Origin: SAR202 cluster bacterium
Lineage (GTDB): Bacteria > Chloroflexota > Dehalococcoidia > Lucifugimonadales > UBA2985
Direction of reading: 5' to 3'
Length of the DNA stretch: 64,000 nt
NCBI GenBank assembly: GCA_009391535.1
Contig: VFHP01000013.1
Span: 16-64,015 of the forward strand
Under the pieces are notes generated by a model that worked only from the letters and a program-made list of their open reading frames with translations, was not told the origin of the DNA and ran no database searches. The translations under genes and the position numbers were made by a program. Every line of letters starts with the position of its first letter. The stretch's first letter is position 1. Positions 58,378 through 64,000 of this stretch are shown here, piece by piece.

Positions 58378-58488
58378 TGTCAGATGGGAGCTACCCACCT
58401 AACATATATTTTAGGGACAGTCCAAAGCCTGCATACGCGGCAACCTCTGAGCAATGGACTAAGTTCACTTGATTGCTAGCTAGTCCCT
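58378..58488 (-). ncRNA. putative structured RNA modules
   Basis: 11-bp hairpin 58378-58404; domain 58413-58488 closed by AGGGAC/GTCCCT. Confidence 0.45.
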
Positions 58489-58489
58489 A

Positions 58490-58888
58490 TTATTCTGGAT
58501 TCAACGCCAATACCGGCGGTTCACCATGTTTTAAGTCTAGTTCAACAAACTCTGCTTGATGAACTGGGTTACCTTGAAAGTCTACAAACGTCTTTGCTTT
58601 GTAGGGGTTGTAATATATTTCATCTAGAACCGCTGGCGAGCAGTTGTTTGAAATATAACCTCTAACGAAAGCATGAACATTCTTACGCTTCTCTCGTATA
58701 ACCTTAGCGTGTCCTGCCGGTTGGACTACGAACACGCAATCCCTTAGACTGACAACGCTACAGTGGAACTTGACAAGACCGGCTTGCCTAACGCTCCAAC
58801 ACTTCTTATGCAGGTTTCGGTAGACCTCAATCTTGCGACTGGGGTCTACCAGAGTGACCTGCTCTTTATAGTCATCCGTGTTAATCAT
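58490..58888 (-). CDS. conserved hypothetical phage protein
   Basis: VYRNLH...SVR...FVV..AG...V....RKNVHAFVRG...YNPY. Confidence 0.7.
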   Translation of the reverse strand: MINTDDYKEQVTLVDPSRKIEVYRNLHKKCWSVRQAGLVKFHCSVVSLRDCVFVVQPAGHAKVIREKRKNVHAFVRGYISNNCSPAVLDEIYYNPYKAKTFVDFQGNPVHQAEFVELDLKHGEPPVLALNPE

Positions 58889-58895
58889 GGTTATA

Positions 58896-59135
58896 TTATA
58901 CCACATCTCCAACAGATTTCAAGTAGATTTTGCACAAAGTTTTAAATCTTTTGTGCGTACTTCCATCTTGAGGGTGAGCCGCAACGATTACGCCGCTATC
59001 CTCAATCTTGACGAAACGTGAAGGCTTCTCTTGCCCGCACTTAACCCACTGACCGGCCTGCAACTTCAACTGACCAGTACGAACCATATGTGCCGTGTTG
59101 CCGTCCCAAAGGTCAACCGTCTTCGTGTAACGCAT
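58896..59135 (-). CDS. hypothetical protein
   Basis: AAGGAG SD. Confidence 0.6.
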   Translation of the reverse strand: MRYTKTVDLWDGNTAHMVRTGQLKLQAGQWVKCGQEKPSRFVKIEDSGVIVAAHPQDGSTHKRFKTLCKIYLKSVGDVV

Positions 59136-59345
59136 CTCGTCTCTCCTTGTGCTTACCTGTGAAATAGAAATCGTTTCTTATGTCTCTATTATACTATATC
59201 GTCATTATATGTCAATAGTCTTTAGCCTTTTCCTCAGAATTTTCCAATCTTTTCGCTGGCTATCTTATGGTGTCTTAGATCCGGGAAGATTGGCTAAGAC
59301 CTGGGGTGGCCGGGATGTAACCCCTTGGCCGGGAAGGGTTTGCGT

Positions 59346-59374
59346 CAAAAAACGCCTACGCATTTTTCGTGCCA
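59346..59374 (-). promoter_or_regulatory. sigma54-type box (copy 3)
   Basis: TGGCACGAAAAATGCGTAGGCGTTTTTT immediately 3' of tRNA-Asp. Confidence 0.5.
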
Positions 59375-59377
59375 AAG

Positions 59378-59451
<74 letters not shown>

Positions 59452-59567
59452 AGTAAAACATACTACACCCTAACATATATACGAAATGAAAACGAGTGAA
59501 GGGAAGCCCAGCGTAATGCTGGACTCCCCCGCACAAGTAAACACCCCTTTCAGGGACACAACAAAGA

Positions 59568-59774
59568 TTAGACTTTCTGCGGGTCAATCATCTTTGAAAA
59601 CGAGAGTGTGCGGACAGTGTTGTCCTCGCTGCGAATAGTCGCATACAGACCATTCTTGCTAACGCCGAGATTCTCGACAACTCCCTCGTGTCGCTTCAAG
59701 ATGTTGCGACGACCATGCTTTGGGTATTTGCAGGCGAGTGTATCGCCCTTGACGATGTTTACATTATTAAACAT
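59568..59774 (-). CDS. small SH3-like hypothetical protein
   Basis: AAGGAG SD before MFNNVN. Confidence 0.55.
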   Translation of the reverse strand: MFNNVNIVKGDTLACKYPKHGRRNILKRHEGVVENLGVSKNGLYATIRSEDNTVRTLSFSKMIDPQKV

Positions 59775-59775
59775 A

Positions 59776-59931
59776 TTATTTGTCTCCTTTGAAAGACAGT
59801 TCAACTTGTGCGAAGTCCAACGTAGACTTCTTACCATTCTTTTCAACCGTGACACTATCATGATTGATGGATACAACAGTACCCTGCGGCAACTCAGTGC
59901 CAACACTAACAAGTGGCTTCTGATTACTCAT
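59776..59931 (-). CDS. small hypothetical protein
   Basis: MSNQKP...; GAGGAG SD, overlaps the upstream stop. Confidence 0.5.
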   Translation of the reverse strand: MSNQKPLVSVGTELPQGTVVSINHDSVTVEKNGKKSTLDFAQVELSFKGDK

Positions 59932-60181
59932 CAGCAATCTCCTCTGAAAATGCTTCTTCTTTCGCTTTGGCTTCAGCGATCTCTTTAGCCAACTCCTCAG
60001 CTCTCTCGCTGTCATACTGAGCAATTCGCTCATTCAGACGTTTGGTCAAGCTCCGTAGCTGCTGCTCGTCGTAGCTGAACTCCACCTTGTCATCACCAAA
60101 GTATAGTTCAATCTTCTCAGACCAACTGGAAACGTATGAAGCGGTCAGGTTGCCAGCTTCGATTTGTTGAGAAACTTTCAT
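59924..60181 (-). CDS. hypothetical protein
   Basis: GGGAG SD, downstream of promoter 60227-60266. Confidence 0.6.
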   Translation of the reverse strand: MKVSQQIEAGNLTASYVSSWSEKIELYFGDDKVEFSYDEQQLRSLTKRLNERIAQYDSERAEELAKEIAEAKAKEEAFSEEIADE

Positions 60182-60226
60182 TTTCTCTCCCTTTCAAAAA
60201 AGTAGTGTTACTGTGCTACAGCATTC

Positions 60227-60266
60227 ATTATACAATAATTATCGGCATTGTCAACCGGTTTCTTTA
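60227..60266 (-). promoter_or_regulatory. nested sigma70/sigma28-like promoter
   Basis: TAAAGAAACCGG-TTGACA-ATGCCGATAATTATTG-TATAAT. Confidence 0.8.
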
Positions 60267-60272
60267 ACTTTT

Positions 60273-60680
60273 TTACCACCAACTAGAATATATAACAGTA
60301 TATCCTTGCTTGATTGCGGCGCGAGCCTGAACGATAAATTCACGGTCTTGCTCGGCGTAGTGGATACTAGAGTCAGTACCAAAGAAGAAACCTGCTGTTT
60401 CCGGTAGTGCTTCCTCGTCAAGACTCTGTTCAAGACAGTCCAAGTCACTCAGTGTCAACTCTAAGTCAACACAGTTGAAGTCACTGCCAAAGCCAGTGTC
60501 AGTGGTTTCAGGATTACCGTTAGGACAACCCTTCTCATACCAAAGGTTTTCCATCCACCCTTGCAGGTTTGGATGCTTACGCCAGTAGGCTAGCTCCATC
60601 TCATCTTCATAGAAGATATAACCTTCTTCATCTTTCTGTGGCTGGCCTTTGCGTGCCATCCCGTATTGGTCTAATCCCAT
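60273..60680 (-). CDS. conserved phage protein (MGLD...YWRK...GFFFG...Y.SWW)
   Basis: Motif pattern common in phage early regions. Confidence 0.7.
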   Translation of the reverse strand: MGLDQYGMARKGQPQKDEEGYIFYEDEMELAYWRKHPNLQGWMENLWYEKGCPNGNPETTDTGFGSDFNCVDLELTLSDLDCLEQSLDEEALPETAGFFFGTDSSIHYAEQDREFIVQARAAIKQGYTVIYSSWW

Positions 60681-60835
60681 TTCTTTTCTCCTTACGTTGT
60701 CCTTTGTTACTCTTCTATTATAACATATATCGGCTGTTTGTCAAGTCATTCTTTAATCTTTTTTTTGCTTTTTTTCGCTGGCGGTGAGTTTTCGCTGACT
60801 TCCACATCGCCGCTTGACTCTTTTAGTTTAGGGAA

Positions 60836-60929
60836 GACAACACGATGGCAAGCCTGTCCATCTGTACCCTACACCGTCTTACCGATGCTGTCCCGTCTGG
60901 GCTACGAAGGCTTTAACTGGGGTGTTGTC
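60836..60929 (-). ncRNA. putative stand-alone small structured RNA
   Basis: Starts about 8 nt after promoter 60938-60965; 8-bp closing stem GACAACAC/GTGTTGTC; no ORF. Confidence 0.6.
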
Positions 60930-60995
60930 ACTACTCCATTATAGTATATATCGGCTATATGTCAAGTAGACTTGAGACAATTCCAGAATTTTCTT

Positions 60996-61022
60996 TGGCA
61001 TAAAAATTGCGGGCCGTTTTTT
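60996..61022 (+). promoter_or_regulatory. sigma54-type box (copy 4)
   Basis: TGGCATAAAAATTGCGGGCCGTTTTTT. Confidence 0.55.
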
Positions 61023-61035
61023 GAAATTTAAAGAA

Positions 61036-61165
61036 ACCGGCGACCCTCATGTTGGCGATGAGAGATCTATTTGAGTCCTGTTATCCCGCCGCCCTCTTCT
61101 CATCTTACAGTTACCGTTGTTAGCGTAAGACGACAGGCAGGCAACCAACACAAAGGTCAACCGGC
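61036..61165 (-). ncRNA. putative 3'-UTR structured RNA / long terminator
   Basis: GCCGGT-GACCTT-TGTTGG pairs with CCAACA-AGGGTC-GCCGGT then U-tract; inner GTCTTAC/GTAAGAT. Confidence 0.5.
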
Positions 61166-61184
61166 ATTCTCTCGAAAGGAATTC

Positions 61185-61490
61185 TTATCCCCAAGCCTCG
61201 TTCATTTCTTCGGCATCGGCTTGGGCTTTCATGGCTTTCATTGTGATACCGTATACACACGCGGATAGCTCAATCAACATCGACGCCGCCGCTTGTGCGT
61301 TAATGTCTTCGTCATGCTCAATCAGCGGTTCAACATATTTATTAATAACCTCGTGAATGGCCATAGTCAGTTCCGGCTGTTCAGTCATACCGTCAAGCAT
61401 GGTAGTCATTGCAAACTCATCAGGCCTCGATTGTACAGCCTTGTCGAGTGTTGCTAATATGGTATCAATGTTAATTCTTGGAAGTGTCAT
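61185..61490 (-). CDS. hypothetical protein
   Basis: ACGAAAGGAAAG SD. Confidence 0.6.
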   Translation of the reverse strand: MTLPRINIDTILATLDKAVQSRPDEFAMTTMLDGMTEQPELTMAIHEVINKYVEPLIEHDEDINAQAAASMLIELSACVYGITMKAMKAQADAEEMNEAWG

Positions 61491-61540
61491 AATTCTTTCC
61501 TTTCGTAATATTGTTTAGTACAACTTTATTATATCATACT

Positions 61541-62323
61541 TTATACAGTTGTCAACTTTTTTCTACTGTAAGATCCGACGCCTTTCAGGGCTTTCAGTGC
61601 CGTCGCTGCATCGGTTCCCTTTGGTTGCGTTCCGTGTAGCAGTAGGGCAAAACTCTGATTCTTTAATGATGGACGTGCCGCATGGCTGTCATCGTGGTCA
61701 ATTTCTAATCCGAGTTTATTCGCTTCCGCTTCACTGAACACAACCTGTGCGAATCGTAGATTCTGGGATTCGATTAATTCGTCATTTCTTCCGCCATAGC
61801 TAGCAGTAAGAACAAAATTATCAATGCTACAATAGTAATCCTCCAACTCAAGCCAATACTTCAGTGACTTAGTGTAAGCATAGAATAACGTGTTGGGATT
61901 GAGTTCCGCCAACGTCATCCATGCTAACATATAATCACGACTAAAGAAATCGCCTGCAACGTGGATTCTCACGATACCCGCATCCGATGGAAGTGCATCA
62001 TATAACATACGATTCATTTCCAACTGTGACGATCCACGCAACATATCAAAATTGTGTTTGCGTGAATTGTATACGTTGGTATACTGCACTTCTTGGCTAG
62101 CAGAGAAACAACGGAATTCTGTTTTCTTTCCGTCTTTGATTTTCCGCTTGCCGGTTGCCTTGTCAACTGTTGCCTTAGAAAGACACTTCTCAGCAAACGG
62201 ACAACTATAACCGCTCAGCAGGTCAAGAGAATAGATTTTCCGCTTGTCTGCAAGATACGGCTTCAGCTCCTCGACTTGCTTCAGGGCTTCAGTTTTGGCA
62301 TTGGCTTTTGAGAACTTCAACAT
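61541..62323 (-). CDS. GP88-like phage protein
   Basis: SCPFA..C, RC, RIHVAGDF, YAYTKS. Confidence 0.75.
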   Translation of the reverse strand: MLKFSKANAKTEALKQVEELKPYLADKRKIYSLDLLSGYSCPFAEKCLSKATVDKATGKRKIKDGKKTEFRCFSASQEVQYTNVYNSRKHNFDMLRGSSQLEMNRMLYDALPSDAGIVRIHVAGDFFSRDYMLAWMTLAELNPNTLFYAYTKSLKYWLELEDYYCSIDNFVLTASYGGRNDELIESQNLRFAQVVFSEAEANKLGLEIDHDDSHAARPSLKNQSFALLLHGTQPKGTDAATALKALKGVGSYSRKKLTTV

Positions 62324-62516
62324 TGTGCTTTCCTTTCGCGTGATTGTTTCCTCTATTATAATATATTATCGGCATATGTCAAGGGGCAACTTAAACTTTT
62401 TTTCGCATTTTTACTGACTTTCCGCTGGCTATACATTGGAGCATTTAACCCGATAGGATTGAGGGGGACAGATCATTATAGCACATATCCCCGCCGATGT
62501 CAAGGGCAAAAAAATA

Positions 62517-62543
62517 AAAAAACGCCCCGCGATTTTTGTGCCA
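62517..62543 (-). promoter_or_regulatory. sigma54-type box (copy 5)
   Basis: TGGCACAAAAATCGCGGGGCGTTTTTT. Confidence 0.55.
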
Positions 62544-62550
62544 AAAATAT

Positions 62551-63031
62551 AGCAGCCTCAAACCGGCACGAAAGGAAACCGGCGAGGCTGCTGGTGAACC
62601 GCGCATCAAGCGCGGGATAATTGTGTGGCGACTTGCAGGGGATTTGCACCCCTACCGATTGCACTGAACTGGAGGGACTAAGCTGTCCCATCGTATCCAC
62701 CGATTTGGTTAACCGCCCCTCGGGGCATCCTCGGTTTCGTGTCCTATCTATCAGTTCAGTGGCTTATCAACCGGCGCACTACGCCAAGCCATTGTATTGT
62801 GCCGCGTTTATACCCCAGTAGCAGACGTTAGGCTTTCACTTTACTAAAGGGGAGCGGCGTTGTATTGCACTGGTGAGTGTGGCGATCAACCACGCTCTCA
62901 TTCACTGCGACCCGATGCCTCGGACAGTGAAGCCCACGCCAGTGTCGTGAGCAGGTTGTGATGCCGGAAAAGCGAATTAACTTGCGGACTGACATGTCCA
63001 AGCCGCAGAGGTTTCCTTATCTGGCTATCAC
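62551..63031 (-). ncRNA. array of structured RNA modules incl. a tRNA-like RNA ending in CCA (62626-62790)
   Basis: ORF-free, GC-rich, six self-closing modules separated by CAATACAA-type linkers. Confidence 0.65.
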
Positions 63032-63040
63032 GCACTTGTA

Positions 63041-63253
63041 TCAAAATTCGTTATATAGGTCACAATCCCACTCGTATTCAGCGTGATCGTATTGGCCGTG
63101 ATCCCAATCATCACCGCCGTAAAAATCCTGCCACTCATCATACTCAGACGGTTGGCCGTCGTCTTCCATGATGTCGTCCACCGTAGGCTCATCCACCTCT
63201 GGAAGGTAGTCGTCCATAAACGGCTTGCTGCGTTGGATGTTGTCGTTGCTCAT
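63041..63253 (-). CDS. highly acidic small protein (possible DNA mimic)
   Basis: Very D/E-rich 70 aa; ACGAAAGG SD. Confidence 0.6.
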   Translation of the reverse strand: MSNDNIQRSKPFMDDYLPEVDEPTVDDIMEDDGQPSEYDEWQDFYGGDDWDHGQYDHAEYEWDCDLYNEF

Positions 63254-63278
63254 AGTAAAACCTTTCGTAGAGTAAAAA

Positions 63279-63363
63279 AGTGGGATGCAGTGGCTCTTAA
63301 CCCTAGCCGGTTGGCTCCAGTTCCCGTTTTGAGTCGTCCCCAGTGGTCGGGGTGCCTGTCACT
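63279..63363 (-). ncRNA. putative structured leader RNA
   Basis: Begins just after promoter 63375-63402; several hairpins, ends in U6. Confidence 0.4.
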
Positions 63364-63374
63364 CGTATGTCTTT

Positions 63375-63414
63375 ATTATACTATAATTATCGGCGTTGTC
63401 AAGTGGTTTCTTTA
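63375..63414 (-). promoter_or_regulatory. nested sigma70/sigma28-like promoter
   Basis: TAAAGAAACCAC-TTGACA-ACGCCGATAATTATAG-TATAAT. Confidence 0.8.
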
Positions 63415-63654
63415 GTTTTTTTTGAAGTTTTTCAAATCTTCGTACCGAAGAGGCCCAGCACCAATACGGCTAGGGTAGCCAGCGTCAATCCAGTGGTTGA
63501 CTGTACCCTTCGTGGTGTCGTAGGGTGAGATGTCAGCAAACACGGTTTCGCCGTTTGGCTTTGTAACCGTATGCCAAGCCTTACACACGTCAGGCTCAAC
63601 GTGGAATTCAATCCTACAATCGTGATTCTTATAAGTCCAAGTTTTGTCTTTCAT
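63412..63654 (-). CDS. hypothetical protein
   Basis: ACGAAAGGG SD; promoter at 63678-63706. Confidence 0.6.
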   Translation of the reverse strand: MKDKTWTYKNHDCRIEFHVEPDVCKAWHTVTKPNGETVFADISPYDTTKGTVNHWIDAGYPSRIGAGPLRYEDLKNFKKN

Positions 63655-63927
63655 AATTTCCCTTTCGTTATGTATATATTATACCATAAATTGCGCCGGT
63701 TGTCAAGAGCAAACTTCAGTTTTTTTTGCTTCTTTGTCTATGACAATCATGGCGTCAATAATGGCATACTTCACAGCCTTTGATGCACCTAGTGCTTGAG
63801 CCTTGAAGATAACTTCCCATAGCTCTCGCTTAATCTCTTTTATGTCTTTTATGTCTTTCACTTTATTACCTTTCGTGTTAGGGTGCTGTCGGTTACCCCA
63901 GTTGAATGTTGCCCTTGTTATGTCTTA

Positions 63928-63967
63928 AGTATACTATAATTATCGGCAATGTCAAGAGTAAACTTGA
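63928..63967 (-). promoter_or_regulatory. nested sigma70/sigma28-like promoter
   Basis: TCAAGTTTACTC-TTGACA-TTGCCGATAATTATAG-TATACT. Confidence 0.75.
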
Positions 63968-64000
63968 GAAAAAATCAAGATAAATACCACTTTCCAGTGG

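Noticed and set aside
58204-58479. 91-aa plus-strand ORF (and 62500-62821 ORFs)
   Set aside because: No RBS, wrong strand, and overlaps strongly base-paired regions better explained as RNA
62672-62751. Group I intron in a tRNA anticodon loop
   Set aside because: Only about 80 nt with no P7 consensus; far too short
62730-62760. Hammerhead ribozyme (CUGAUAGA...CGAAAC)
   Set aside because: Core deviates from CUGANGA and no stem II can be formed
63279-63363. Cobalamin riboswitch (GGGAA and GCCACUG present; NrdJ is B12-dependent)
   Set aside because: Lacks the B12-box and the T-loop hairpin in the right order, and is not upstream of nrdJ

Overview
This window is a 64 kb segment of a large (jumbo-like) tailed dsDNA phage genome of roughly 40% GC. 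It uses the standard genetic code and almost every gene is on the minus strand. The host is most likely a Planctomycete or PVC bacterium, inferred from three tandem DUF1501 genes, DUF5658-like membrane proteins and Y/P-rich signal-peptide proteins. From left to right it holds: a DUF1501 triplet; a replication/recombination module (Cas4-like nuclease, dNMP kinase, primase, DnaB, RecA, PhoH, dUTPase, class II RNR); a probable atypical lysis/envelope cassette (TM-PAS protein, holin-like protein, papain-like peptidase); a phage sigma factor; a glycan-modification cluster; many auxiliary metabolic genes (archaeal-type GAPDH, OCD/AlaDH-like, GMP reductase, ThyX, PMM, half-HPPD, M19 dipeptidase); rIIA/rIIB; Hsp20; tmRNA; and three tRNAs (Arg-UCU, Ile-UAU, Asp-GUC). 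The last ~11 kb is an early-type region of tiny genes. The most striking signals are non-coding. (1) About 15 consensus sigma70 promoters each contain an interdigitated sigma28/FliA-like element, T(A/C)AAG-N17/18-CGAT, whose internal spacing is fixed independently of the sigma70 boxes. (2) There are five sigma54-type boxes and a helically phased AGCCAGCG upstream motif. (3) There are arrays of unannotated structured RNAs separated by CAAUACAA linkers, including two oversized tRNA-like molecules and a hairpin presenting an anti-Shine-Dalgarno loop complementary to the phage's own early RBSs. (4) A 12-mer gene-junction cassette is repeated five times. All family calls and RNA folds were made by eye from motifs and complementarity; no database search or folding program was run.
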